From assembly GCA_934162655.1 (NCBI GenBank), contig CAKPJL010000004.1, positions 38 to 64,037 on the forward strand: a DNA stretch of 64,000 nucleotides, written 5' to 3'. Made by a program: the position numbers and the translations under genes. How positions within the stretch are numbered: position 1 is the stretch's first letter; each line of letters opens with the position of its first letter. The stretch is from an uncultured Clostridia bacterium. Its GTDB lineage: Bacteria; Bacillota; Clostridia; TANB77; CAG-465. Positions 1-9,294 of the stretch are shown piece by piece. Under the pieces are notes generated by a model. It did no database searches. It had not been told where the DNA came from and saw only the letters and a list, made by a program, of their open reading frames with translations.

Positions 1-759
1 ATTTACGGTAGCTATTGTTGTTTTTGAATAACTAAATATACCACTTGGTTCATAGCCATAAATATTTGATACCATATAATTTGGTACAGTTATTTCTTCT
101 ATTTTACTACATCTATAAAATGGTGAAGATGAACCATTGCTTATTGACGCTAGGGTTGTTGGTAAATATACTTTCTTTAACTTTGTACTATCTCTAAATG
201 CACCACTTCTTATTTCTTTTACTCCTTCTGGAATTGTTATGCTAGTTATTAAACTTAAATTTCCAAATGCGTAAGCATCGATTGTCTTTAATTTCCCCTT
301 ACTTAAAAATTCTACTTCAGTTATTTTTGAACAATTATAAAAAGCATTTTGTCCCACTTTTGTGACATTTTCTGGTATTGTAAGTTTCCCAGAAAGTGAG
401 GTACAACAATAAAACGCATAATCTCCTATTGATGTTACATTACTTGGTATTGTTATACTTTTTAATGCTGTAAATCCATTAAATGCAGAGCTTGCTATTG
501 ATGTTATTTCTCCAACAAAATTTACGGTAGCTATTGTTGTTTTTGAATAACTAAATATATCACTTGGTTTATAGCCATAAGTATTTGATACCATATAATT
601 TGGTACAGTTATTTCTTCTATTTTATTACATCTATAAAATGGTGTATCTGAGCCATTGCTTATTGACGCTAGGGTTGTTGGTAAATATACTTTCTTTAAC
701 TCCGTACAATAACCAAACGCACAACTTCCTATTTCTTTTACTCCTTCTGGAATTACAAC
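1..759 (-). repeat. Internal tandem duplication with 519-bp period (173 codons) inside the LRR gene
   Basis: nt 1-180 and 520-699 differ at about 8 of 180 positions by hand alignment. Similarity falls to roughly 75% over the next 60 nt. Confidence 0.85.
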
Positions 760-1513
760 AGTTGTAAAGTTTGAATTTTGATAAAATGCATAAGATTCAA
801 TTTTCGTTATAGTTTTTCCATTTGGGTCTATTGTTGGAAATTTTATCTCAGTTGGTATTTCACCATTATATTCTGGATTAAATCCTTTGATTGACACAGT
901 ACCATCTGAAAGATTAGTATAAGTAAACATATTTGCATCTGCAACAGGAACTGTATCATAAATACTTGGTTCTTTTTCCCACTCACCTATTTTTGCAACA
1001 AATCTATCTAAAACTTCATTTTCTATTTGCTTACCTTCTGGTGGGTTGCCAATTATCCATGCTGGAATTATGGCATCTTCATTATATACAAGGTAAACTT
1101 GCCCTTTGTTAGATATATACCATAAACATCCTTTGGAAGGTGTTTTTGGTATTTCTATCCCATTAGATTTACATATTTGTTCATCTAATTTATATACATG
1201 TATTTCTTCATTATTTTTATTTATTACTGCTTCTACTATATTTCCTTCGTCTTTTTGAACAAGTCTATATGAATCATCAAAAACTCCAAGTAATATTTTT
1301 TCTTTATCAAATTCTAAATCTACATTTGATGTAATAAGCTTAGATAAATAAAGATCTACACCTGCTTGTAGATTATTATAATTAGATGCAAGAGAAGCTA
1401 ACTTTGCACTGTTTATTGTTTCTCCATTAACTAAAGTCAATATTACCGCTGCTGATAAGATTATAATAACTACGATAGTTATTATTAGTGTTATCAAGCT
1501 TATTCCTTTTTTC
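1..1513 (-). CDS. Cell-surface protein, N-terminal part only (ORF runs off the window start): pilin-like hydrophobic N-terminus followed by BspA-type leucine-rich repeats
   Basis: Not in the ORF track because it is truncated. Manual translation from ATG 1513-1511 (AGGGGGA RBS upstream) stays open to nt 1: MKKGISLITLIITIVVIIILSAAVILTLVNGETINSAKLASL..., then repeated IPEGVKEIGSCAFGYC / LKKVYLPTTLASI units typical of LRR_5 (BspA-like) repeats. Confidence 0.75.
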
Positions 1514-1604
1514 ATTTGTTTTATCCCCCTAAAATATTACACTTCTCACAAAAAATATATAATTATATTTAAATATTAACATAATTTTTAAAAATATACA
1601 AGCT

Positions 1605-2516
1605 TTATTTCTTTATATTTCTTATTATTTCATCTTTTGTTATGCCAAACATTTTATATAAATCCTCTACTCTACCAGATTTTCCAAAGCTATCTTTAAC
1701 TCCAAGTTTTATTAGTTTTTTAGGGTAATTTTCACATAATACTCCCTCAATTATACTTCCTATTCCTCCAATTGTACTATGGTCTTCAATTGAAATAAGC
1801 TTATTTGTTTCCTTAGCACATCTTATTATTTCTTTACTATCAACAGGTTTTATTGAATAAAGGTCAACTACTCTTGCATAAATATTATCTTTTTCTAATT
1901 CTTTTTTTGCATCTAGTGCAATAGAAAGAGTAGAACCACATGCAAATATTGTGACATCTTTTCCATTTCCAAATGTATTAGAACCACCAATTTTAAATAT
2001 ATCTTTTGTTGAATATACATCTATCATATCTTGTCTTCCAAGTCTTACATATTTTGGCCCATTTATTTTTAAGCACTCTTCTAGAACTTTTTTTGTAGAT
2101 ATATCATCTGCTGGGCAAAATATCTTCATATTAGGTAAAACATTCATTAACGCTATATCCTCTAACATTTGATGTGTTGCACCGTCTTCTCCTACGCCTA
2201 AACCTGAATGTGTCGCACATAAATTAATATTTATATTAGAGTAACATACAGTATTTCTAATTTGTTCATATGCTCTCCCACATAGAAACATTGCAAATGA
2301 TGAAGCAAATACTTTTTTACCAGTCAGTGCCATTCCTGACGCCATTCCAATAAGATCCTGTTCTGCAATTCCTACATCTATATGTCTTAGAGGATACAAC
2401 TTTTTAAACATTTTTGTTTGAGTCGCTTCTGCAAGATCTGCATCAAATACAACTACATCTGTGTCACTACCAATATTTTCCAAAAATTCTCCATAAGCTT
2501 TTCTAGTTGATTTCAT
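1605..2516 (-). CDS. Transketolase, C-terminal (pyrimidine-binding) subunit
   Basis: 303 aa with FDADLAEATQT, IAEQDLIGMASGMA, GATHQ motifs; directly downstream of the N-terminal subunit. Confidence 0.9.
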   Translation of the reverse strand: MKSTRKAYGEFLENIGSDTDVVVFDADLAEATQTKMFKKLYPLRHIDVGIAEQDLIGMASGMALTGKKVFASSFAMFLCGRAYEQIRNTVCYSNININLCATHSGLGVGEDGATHQMLEDIALMNVLPNMKIFCPADDISTKKVLEECLKINGPKYVRLGRQDMIDVYSTKDIFKIGGSNTFGNGKDVTIFACGSTLSIALDAKKELEKDNIYARVVDLYSIKPVDSKEIIRCAKETNKLISIEDHSTIGGIGSIIEGVLCENYPKKLIKLGVKDSFGKSGRVEDLYKMFGITKDEIIRNIKK

Positions 2517-2526
2517 ATTATTCCCC

Positions 2527-3327
2527 CTATTCTAATTCTTTTAGGGCACTATCAAGTTCACAACTATTTGGTGCTTTTCCATGCCAAGATACTTGGTTTT
2601 CCATAAAAGATACTCCTTTTCCTTTAATTGTTTTTGCAATTATACATATAGGTCTTTCTTGTTTTTTTGATTCTTTTATGGTCTTTATAATTTCTTCTAT
2701 ATTATGTCCATCTATTACTTTTGTAAAAAATCCAAAGGATTTGCACTTTTGCTCTATATTGCCAAGATTTTTTACAAAATCTACTGTACCATCTATTTGG
2801 AGATTATTGTTATCTACTATCATAATAAGGTTGTTTAACTTATATTTACTAGCTGACATCATCGCTTCCCAAATTTGTCCTTCTTCTAATTCACCATCTC
2901 CACATAAACAATAAACATAGCCATCATCGTCATACAACTTTTTTGAAAGTGCCATTCCTGAAGCTATTGACAGACCTTGTCCAAGTGAGCCTGAGGATAC
3001 ATCAACACCATTTATTTTATTTGATGGATGTCCCTCTAACTTAGAAGATATTTTTCTAAGTGTTTTTAAATCTTCTTTTTTTATATAACCTTTTTTGGAA
3101 AGAACTGCATAATATGCTGGTGCTGCATGACCCTTTGATAAAATGAATTTATCTATTCTTCTACCTTTTTTGTCCTCTTCTAAATTCATTATATTAAAAT
3201 ATAAACAAACTAAAATTTCTACGCATGAAAGACTTCCACCAACATGCCCAGATCCAGCAGAGCTTACCATCTCTAAAATATCTTTTCTTATCTGTTTACA
3301 TATTTTTTCTAGTTCTTTTGTTTTCAT
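2527..3327 (-). CDS. Transketolase, N-terminal (thiamine diphosphate-binding) subunit
   Basis: 266 aa with GSGHVGGSLS and GDGELEEGQIWEA motifs; forms the split-tkt pair with 1605-2516. Confidence 0.9.
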   Translation of the reverse strand: MKTKELEKICKQIRKDILEMVSSAGSGHVGGSLSCVEILVCLYFNIMNLEEDKKGRRIDKFILSKGHAAPAYYAVLSKKGYIKKEDLKTLRKISSKLEGHPSNKINGVDVSSGSLGQGLSIASGMALSKKLYDDDGYVYCLCGDGELEEGQIWEAMMSASKYKLNNLIMIVDNNNLQIDGTVDFVKNLGNIEQKCKSFGFFTKVIDGHNIEEIIKTIKESKKQERPICIIAKTIKGKGVSFMENQVSWHGKAPNSCELDSALKELE

Positions 3328-3336
3328 ATTATCCCC

Positions 3337-4242
3337 CTAAATAGTTTTAAATCCTTTACCTAACACTTCATTGTTAGTTGCTATATACATAAGTGCCTCT
3401 TTATCATTATTTTTAAGTATTTTTTTTATTTTTGCAACTTGTGGCCTTGTTATAACGCATGTAAGTACCGTATATTCTTCTTTTGTTCTAGCACCAATAC
3501 TTTTTGTCATAGTCACTCCTCTTTTTAAATCATATAGTATTTCTTCTGCAATTTCATTAGGTTTTTTAGTAATTATAGTGACTACACGCGTATAATAAGT
3601 TCCTTCAAACACAATGTCTACTACTTTTGAAGATATAAAAGTGGCAATTAATGAATATAAACCAACATTTACATTTTTAAATACGATTACAACAGCAGAT
3701 ATTATCAAAAATTCTATTATAAGTAAAACTTGACTTAGACTTTGCACAGGAAAAGATTTATATATAATTTGTGCAAGTAAATCAGATCCGCCTGTGCTTG
3801 CACCAGCTTTAAAAACAATAGAAAGTCCCGCACCAATTATAAGTCCTCCAAAAAGGCAAGAAGTAAACAAATCTGATACATTATTCATCTCTATAATACC
3901 TTTATACGTAAATATATCTAAAAATAGTGATAACAGCAATGTTGCAAATATAGTTTTAATACTTGACTTTATACCAAGCTTTATAATAGATATAACAAAT
4001 AAAGGTACATTTAAACCAAGCACAGTAATACCCATAGAAATTCCTAGCTTATAATATAATATTGTAGCAATACCTGATACTCCACCAGTAGTAAGTTTGA
4101 GCGGTAATAAAAATAAATTTATTCCAAGACTTACTAAAAAGGTTCCAAATACTATCATTATAATATCTGATATAACTTCTAATATATCTACTTTGTGTTT
4201 TTTTCCAACTATTATTTTTTTATTCTTTAATACATTTTCCAT
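3337..4242 (-). CDS. YitT-family membrane protein (DUF2179 C-terminal domain)
   Basis: 301 aa, multi-pass hydrophobic N-terminal part with GGVSGIA/GGSD motifs and a soluble C-terminal domain. Confidence 0.7.
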   Translation of the reverse strand: MENVLKNKKIIVGKKHKVDILEVISDIIMIVFGTFLVSLGINLFLLPLKLTTGGVSGIATILYYKLGISMGITVLGLNVPLFVISIIKLGIKSSIKTIFATLLLSLFLDIFTYKGIIEMNNVSDLFTSCLFGGLIIGAGLSIVFKAGASTGGSDLLAQIIYKSFPVQSLSQVLLIIEFLIISAVVIVFKNVNVGLYSLIATFISSKVVDIVFEGTYYTRVVTIITKKPNEIAEEILYDLKRGVTMTKSIGARTKEEYTVLTCVITRPQVAKIKKILKNNDKEALMYIATNNEVLGKGFKTI

Positions 4243-4280
4243 ACACTTATTATGTGTATTTTTATGTTTTTAATAATATT

Positions 4281-4742
4281 TTAGATTTCTTTTCTTAATA
4301 TATCTAAATACGATTCATCCCTTTGATATTTTTTTAATTCTTTTTTGAATGCTTCATCTATCTTATCATCTAAATTATCTTTATCATAGCATGTAATAAT
4401 ATACCCTTCTTTTTCTAGTGCCTCACAGATTTCTAATTGATGATCATTTACATGTTCTTTGTATTTTTTATATCTAGGACAAGCTATTACTTTTTTGCCT
4501 TTTAACAAAGCTTCAAATATCGTTCCAACACCAGCATGACATATCACAAGTTCAGCACTACTTATTAACTCTTCCATTTGGTTACCATCTATAAAATCAA
4601 AAATTTTCATCTTTTTACTTTCATATTTAGTATATCCAGCTTGTGCAATTATTTCTTTTTTACTTAATTTATTTGATTTTTCTACCATTTCAAAGAGTCT
4701 TGTAAACTGTTGCCTTTGAGTTCCAACACTTACTAACACCAT
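4281..4742 (-). CDS. PssE/Cps14G-type glycosyltransferase subunit (Alg13-like, GT28 C-terminal domain)
   Basis: 153 aa with VSVGTQRQQFTRL and CHAGVGTIFEAL...HQLE motifs; start overlaps the stop of the Alg14-like partner. Confidence 0.75.
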   Translation of the reverse strand: MVLVSVGTQRQQFTRLFEMVEKSNKLSKKEIIAQAGYTKYESKKMKIFDFIDGNQMEELISSAELVICHAGVGTIFEALLKGKKVIACPRYKKYKEHVNDHQLEICEALEKEGYIITCYDKDNLDDKIDEAFKKELKKYQRDESYLDILRKEI

Positions 4743-5206
4743 TACATTAACCTCCCTAAATACTTAGCTTTAGGATATTTTTGTGCAAGTTCTCTCCATT
4801 GAACATAAAATATATCCGCTTTTTTATAAATGTTTTTTCCAGTCATAGAAAGCGATTTAGACTTTGCAAGTGACTCAATATATATAATTTTTGCACCAAA
4901 CATTTTGGCAATATAGCACATTATTCCACCAGTATGGGCACCTGTTGATACAACTGTGTCTGGTTTAAATTTTCTAACTATTGAAATACATCTAATAACA
5001 TTTATAATAAATACAAATATATATTTAAAAAAATAATGTCTTGAACCATATTTTAAAAATTCTACATTATAATTTTTAATTAAGTCTTTAGTTGATTTTG
5101 TTTCTTCTGTAACTAATAAATAATCATATTCATTAAATAGTTTTTTAAGACACATAAGTTCAGCCAGATGTCCTCCCGAACTAGACACAAATATAACTTT
5201 TTTCAC
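4742..5206 (-). CDS. PssD/Cps14F-type glycosyltransferase membrane/accessory subunit (Alg14-like)
   Basis: 154 aa with N-terminal VSSSGGHLAEL motif; translationally coupled to 4281-4742. Confidence 0.7.
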   Translation of the reverse strand: MKKVIFVSSSGGHLAELMCLKKLFNEYDYLLVTEETKSTKDLIKNYNVEFLKYGSRHYFFKYIFVFIINVIRCISIVRKFKPDTVVSTGAHTGGIMCYIAKMFGAKIIYIESLAKSKSLSMTGKNIYKKADIFYVQWRELAQKYPKAKYLGRLM

Positions 5207-6312
5207 TATATTTCACTTACTCCTATTTTAATATTATACTTATTTTTAAAATAATCTTTATTTATTTTTTTGGGCCCAATCACAATAGATACAAATTTTT
5301 TAGGGATTTGGAATATTATTTCTTCTTTACTTTCTAGTTTTTTTGAAATTATAATTTTCTCCATTTCTTCTTTTGCAATTTCTGCCATTACATACTCTGC
5401 AAAATTATCACAAACAGGTCCATAAATGTGAGAACTTTTTGATGTTATTTCGTCTGTTGATTGGAGTCCAAGTCTTATAATTTTAATATTTGTTGTCTGA
5501 CAAAGTTTAACAATTTCTACTACCCTACTTACTGCTTCTTCAATACTTAACGCTTTATATATTCCTTTTTTATACATTTCATATAATTCACTATCTTCTA
5601 ATACATATACCGGATATATCCTAAGTTCTTTTGGAGACATTTTTATTACTGATTCCATAGTTTGTTTTTCTGATATTAATGTACTTTTTGGGAGTCCTAC
5701 CATAATTTGATGTCCTAAATTAAATCCCCAAATTTTTATAAGTTTTGAAGCTCTTATCGTATCAGTATTTAAATGACCTCTTTTAGCAGCTTGCAAGACC
5801 ATATTATCCATTGATTGTACCCCAAGCTCAATTGTTGTAACTCCATACTTTTTTAAAGTGTTTAATATAAGAGGTTTTATATAATCTGGTCTCGTAGAAA
5901 TTCTTATACCACTTACTTTTTTTAACTCAATATATTTATGTGCAACTTTTAAATAATCTATTTGATCATTTATATTAAGTCCCGTAAAGCTTCCTCCAAA
6001 AAAAGCTACCTCAACACTTGCATCATCTTTTTTATCTTTTATATATTCTAAATGTTTTTGTATAATTTCTTCTACTTCTTCACATGTTGGAGTAACTACT
6101 ACGCCACTAATCTTTCTTTGATTACAAAAGACACATTCATTTCTACATCCCTTATGTGGTATAAATACCGGAATAGTATAATGTTTTTCTTTTTCAAAAT
6201 TTTTTAGTCTATCATGCAAATCAAGTTCTAACTTAATTCCATGCTTTTGTATCAAGTGCATTTTTTGCGGCATGTTGTTCAGCTTGTTTTTTACTTTTAC
6301 CATTACCCTCAC
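5206..6312 (-). CDS. ELP3-like radical SAM protein (start uncertain, probably downstream of 6312)
   Basis: Contains FIPHKGCRNECVFCNQ (CxxxCxxC). As drawn it overlaps rnc by 80 nt. In-frame ATG at 6261 or TTG at about 6219 are more plausible starts. Confidence 0.75.
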   Translation of the reverse strand: MRVMVKVKNKLNNMPQKMHLIQKHGIKLELDLHDRLKNFEKEKHYTIPVFIPHKGCRNECVFCNQRKISGVVVTPTCEEVEEIIQKHLEYIKDKKDDASVEVAFFGGSFTGLNINDQIDYLKVAHKYIELKKVSGIRISTRPDYIKPLILNTLKKYGVTTIELGVQSMDNMVLQAAKRGHLNTDTIRASKLIKIWGFNLGHQIMVGLPKSTLISEKQTMESVIKMSPKELRIYPVYVLEDSELYEMYKKGIYKALSIEEAVSRVVEIVKLCQTTNIKIIRLGLQSTDEITSKSSHIYGPVCDNFAEYVMAEIAKEEMEKIIISKKLESKEEIIFQIPKKFVSIVIGPKKINKDYFKNKYNIKIGVSEI

Positions 6313-6943
6313 CTATCTTTTTATCATTGAAATACAAGTCAACTAAAAATGTCTTGTCGTGTTCTGGGCCAGACTCTGATATAAGCTTGTATTCAATTTT
6401 TACAGTGCCATTTTTTTGCAATTCCTCTTGAAGCGTAGTTTTATAATCTTTATTAAAGTCTTTCCCTGCTAAAACCTCTTTAATTTCTTTATCTAAAAGT
6501 CTTAAAATAGTTTGATTTGCTATTTCATATCCACCATCTAAATATATTGCTCCCATTATTGCCTCAAAAGCATCTGCTATTATTGCATCCTTGTATCTAC
6601 CGTCACTTGACATTTCACATTTACCAAGTCTTATAAATTCATGTGCACCAATTTCTCTCATTGCCCTTGCAAGAGAAGCTTCGCATACTATCTTTGCTCT
6701 TAATTTACTCATTTCACCTTCAGAGAAATGTTTTTCATCTTTATATAATAAATCAGATATTGAGTGTTCTAATATAGCATCTCCTAAAAATTCAATTCTT
6801 TCATTATACTCAACTCTTGCCTCTTTTGTATATTCGTAAGCATATGATTTATGAGTAAGTGCAGTCTTTAAAAGATTTATATCTAAAAACATATACTGTA
6901 ATTTTGTCTGTAAGATCAATAGGATATTATCCACAAAACTCAC
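6233..6943 (-). CDS. rnc: Ribonuclease III
   Basis: LLKTALTHKSY and ERIEFLGDAIL signature plus a C-terminal dsRBD (GPEHDKTF...GKSKKQAEQHAAKNAL). Start is GTG at 6943 or 6934. Confidence 0.93.
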   Translation of the reverse strand: MSFVDNILLILQTKLQYMFLDINLLKTALTHKSYAYEYTKEARVEYNERIEFLGDAILEHSISDLLYKDEKHFSEGEMSKLRAKIVCEASLARAMREIGAHEFIRLGKCEMSSDGRYKDAIIADAFEAIMGAIYLDGGYEIANQTILRLLDKEIKEVLAGKDFNKDYKTTLQEELQKNGTVKIEYKLISESGPEHDKTFLVDLYFNDKKIGEGNGKSKKQAEQHAAKNALDTKAWN

Positions 6944-7007
6944 CTCTATTTTATTATATATTTAATATTTATAAATTTCAAGAAAATAAAAATAAAAAGT
7001 GCTTATT

Positions 7008-7250
7008 TTAGCACTTTTTATATGATCTCTCATTAATTAATTTTATAATATCTTCTACTGTATTTATATGTACATTTTCATCATCTACTTCTATGTCAAA
7101 TTCTTCACTTATATAAACTATCATCGACATAATATCAATCGAATCAGCACCTAGATCTTCTACAAGTCTATCTCCTAAGTTTATATTTTTTTCATCTATT
7201 TCTAAAATTTGAGATATAATATTAATTATATCTTTATTATTTAAACTCAT
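7008..7250 (-). CDS. Acyl carrier protein-like carrier protein (second, divergent ACP paralog)
   Basis: 80 aa with LGADSIDIMSMIVYISEEFDIE (DSxD phosphopantetheine-serine context); has its own promoter and terminator. Confidence 0.7.
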   Translation of the reverse strand: MSLNNKDIINIISQILEIDEKNINLGDRLVEDLGADSIDIMSMIVYISEEFDIEVDDENVHINTVEDIIKLINERSYKKC

Positions 7251-7303
7251 ATTATACTTCCTCCATAATATTTATCATTGGTTCTTACATAAAGTATAAT
7301 TAT

Positions 7304-7332
7304 ATTATACCACTTTTACATAATTTTTTCAA
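7304..7332 (-). promoter_or_regulatory. Sigma-A-type promoter of the second ACP gene
   Basis: Minus strand reads TTGAAA-17 nt-TATAAT with TGg just upstream of the -10. Confidence 0.55.
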
Positions 7333-7340
7333 TATTTATA

Positions 7341-7378
7341 AAAAAGCCTAAAATGTAACAAATACATTTCAGGTTTTC
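7341..7378 (-). terminator. Rho-independent terminator after acpP
   Basis: Minus strand CCUGAAAUGUA-loop-UACAUUUUAGG stem followed by a U tract. Confidence 0.65.
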
Positions 7379-7382
7379 TTTA

Positions 7383-7619
7383 TTATTGATTATTTTTTAT
7401 ATATTCAACTGCATCTCCAACAGAAGATATTTTTTCAGCTTCTGCCTCTGGTATTTCCATATCAAATTCTTCTTCAAGTGCCATTATAAGTTCAACAATG
7501 TCTAATGAATCTGCACCTAAATCATCAATAAATGTAGTTTCCATTGTTATAGTATCTATATCATCTATTCCCAATTGTTCACCTATTACTTCTTTTACTC
7601 TTTCAAATATTGCTTCCAT
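7383..7619 (-). CDS. acpP: Acyl carrier protein
   Basis: 78 aa with canonical [24 protein letters not shown]. Confidence 0.95.
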   Translation of the reverse strand: MEAIFERVKEVIGEQLGIDDIDTITMETTFIDDLGADSLDIVELIMALEEEFDMEIPEAEAEKISSVGDAVEYIKNNQ

Positions 7620-7727
7620 ATTAGCACCTCCTAATTTAATACTATTATCTTATATTTATTCTTTATTGTCAATAGTATTCATATTATTTTCATAATTTTA
7701 AGAAATTTATATATATATTTTTTCGTT

Positions 7728-7758
7728 ATAAAAGCAGAGAAAATTAATTTCTCTGCCT
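7728..7758 (-). terminator. Rho-independent terminator after splB
   Basis: GCAGAGAAA-loop-UUUCUCUGC hairpin followed by UUUUAU on the minus strand. Confidence 0.65.
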
Positions 7759-7888
7759 TTATGAATCAACCGAACAATTAGTGATATTTATACATAGCGT
7801 CTTTGCAAAAATTTTTGTCTGCTACATATTCTATATTTCCACCTTGTAGAATCTTTTTTTGTTACTATACTTACATTAAAATCTAGAT

Positions 7889-8899
7889 TTATACTATATA
7901 TTTTATCTCATTTTTATTAAAATACTTTTTTAGCATAGATAATATGTATTTTTTGGCTGGAATTAACACATCATCCTTATAAGCGTATTTATATCTTCCT
8001 CTAGCCTTCATTTTATCTTTATCATATAAATCTATTGCATCTTTAAAAGCTTCCTTATTTATCCTATCATGTACATAGCTATAAGTCATAAATATTATTT
8101 CAAAAAATACACTCTCTTTGGCCTTACTACTCAGATTATCCCTTAAATACAAAATAAGTTCTTTATACATTTTTCTATAATCCTTTATGAGAATAACTGG
8201 TGCAATTATTATACCAACTCTATATCCAGCATCTACCAGTTTATTTACAGCTTCAACTCTATTTTTAAGACTAGCAGTTAAAAATTCAACATTTTTTATT
8301 ATATACTCTGGATTTACGCTCATTCTTACTATTACTCTACCATTATGGCTTAATTTAAGTAGACTATCCACATTTGAAAATTTAGTTGGAAATGTTATAT
8401 ATCCCTTATTTATCTTTGCAAATTCTTCAATTGTCCACTCCAAGTTATGTGTTATCATATTTTCAAGCACAAGGTCACTATTAGAGCCTATTTCATATAC
8501 TTCATCTTTTTCAGAATTAATTGCTTTTTTTATTAATTTGTTTAACATTTCTTCCCTATTTACAAAAATTCTTAAATATGCACATTTATTGTAATGGCAT
8601 ACTAAATAGCAGTACATGCACATAGCAATGCAACCAGATGATGTGTAAGGCACTAAATAATCTGACACTTTATGATTTTCTACATATTTATGAGTTTTTC
8701 TAACGCCTAAAATAAGATATTTTTTTAATTTAGTAAAATCTTTATTTTCATGTTTTCTTAATTCTTCTATATTATTATGAGATTTTATTTCTATATGTGG
8801 AATATCCTTATACATTTCTAGTAACTTTTTTCCTTGTTCATATTTTAATACTTCTTTTTCATAATATATTCTTTCAAATTTTAACACAGATACCACCAA
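7889..8899 (-). CDS. splB: Spore photoproduct lyase (radical SAM)
   Basis: 336 aa that aligns along its length with B. subtilis SplB as I recall it: LGVRKT, GCIAMCMYCYL (CxxxCxxC), FPTKF..VD.LL..HNG, VIKN.E, AGY..GIIIAP. The start may be an internal GTG at 8887. Confidence 0.88.
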   Translation of the reverse strand: MVVSVLKFERIYYEKEVLKYEQGKKLLEMYKDIPHIEIKSHNNIEELRKHENKDFTKLKKYLILGVRKTHKYVENHKVSDYLVPYTSSGCIAMCMYCYLVCHYNKCAYLRIFVNREEMLNKLIKKAINSEKDEVYEIGSNSDLVLENMITHNLEWTIEEFAKINKGYITFPTKFSNVDSLLKLSHNGRVIVRMSVNPEYIIKNVEFLTASLKNRVEAVNKLVDAGYRVGIIIAPVILIKDYRKMYKELILYLRDNLSSKAKESVFFEIIFMTYSYVHDRINKEAFKDAIDLYDKDKMKARGRYKYAYKDDVLIPAKKYILSMLKKYFNKNEIKYIV

Positions 8900-9039
8900 A
8901 TATATTATCTGTAATTTTATAAAAAAAATTAATATAAGTCTTTATTTAGTGAAAATGAAATATGAATTTTATTACTATAATAAAAAATATCATCTTATAG
9001 TTTACGGCCTACTTTTTATCCTTTTATATTTTTTGATCA

Positions 9040-9288
9040 AAATTAAGAGCGGACGCATATTGCGCGCCCGCCCTTATGATAATCAGCATAAATAAAATAT
9101 TGAATAGCTCTAATTAACACTATGTAAATCCTGTTGTATATCGGAAAACCTTCATGAGATCTTAACTCCTCTCGTTCTTAGGCCGCCGTTTTAATCAATT
9201 TATGCACAAAGCATTACATCAGGACCTCTTATCATAATAATAAACCTCCTTTAAAAATTTTTAATGGACTGTAATTATTATTAACTAC
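9040..9288 (-). ncRNA. Candidate structured small RNA of unassigned class (6S-like is one hypothesis) with an embedded 11-codon sORF
   Basis: A consensus promoter and an intrinsic terminator bracket about 250 nt with no long ORF. Helices seen: 9-bp UUAUGAUAA (9237-9229) / UUAUCAUAA (9082-9074) and 8-bp GCAUAAAU/AUUUAUGC. The core is locally GC-rich. Confidence 0.5.
9047..9073 (-). terminator. GC-rich intrinsic terminator of the candidate sRNA
   Basis: GGGCGGGCGC / GCGUCCGCUC 10-bp stem followed by UUAAUUUU on the minus strand. Confidence 0.75.
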
Positions 9289-9294
9289 ATTTAT

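Noticed and set aside
564-767. 67-aa plus-strand track ORF
   Set aside because: It lies antisense within the long minus-strand LRR reading frame, has low-complexity Leu/Tyr-rich translation and has no RBS.
1951-2914. Plus-strand ORFs 1951-2172 and 2507-2914 (and similar ones at 3143-3340, 3371-3595, 3794-4054)
   Set aside because: They are antisense shadows of well-supported transketolase and YitT genes, and AT-rich genomes yield many such open frames.
5206-6312. 80-nt overlap between the radical SAM ORF and rnc as a real overlapping-gene arrangement
   Set aside because: The overlap is most likely an artefact of taking the longest ORF, because later in-frame starts (6261 or about 6219) remove most or all of it.
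9204-9236. The 11-codon sORF (MIRGPDVMLCA) as a stand-alone protein-coding gene
   Set aside because: It is too short to call from sequence alone despite a strong SD. It is kept only as a sub-feature of the sRNA candidate.
9040-9240. c-di-GMP-I (GEMM) riboswitch, suggested by CGGCGGCCUAAG resembling the CCGGCCUAA element
   Set aside because: The other hallmark elements as I recall them (GGCAAAC, GACGCAAAGC, tetraloop-receptor layout) are absent. I could also find no tmRNA, RNase P, SRP, T-box or TPP signatures.
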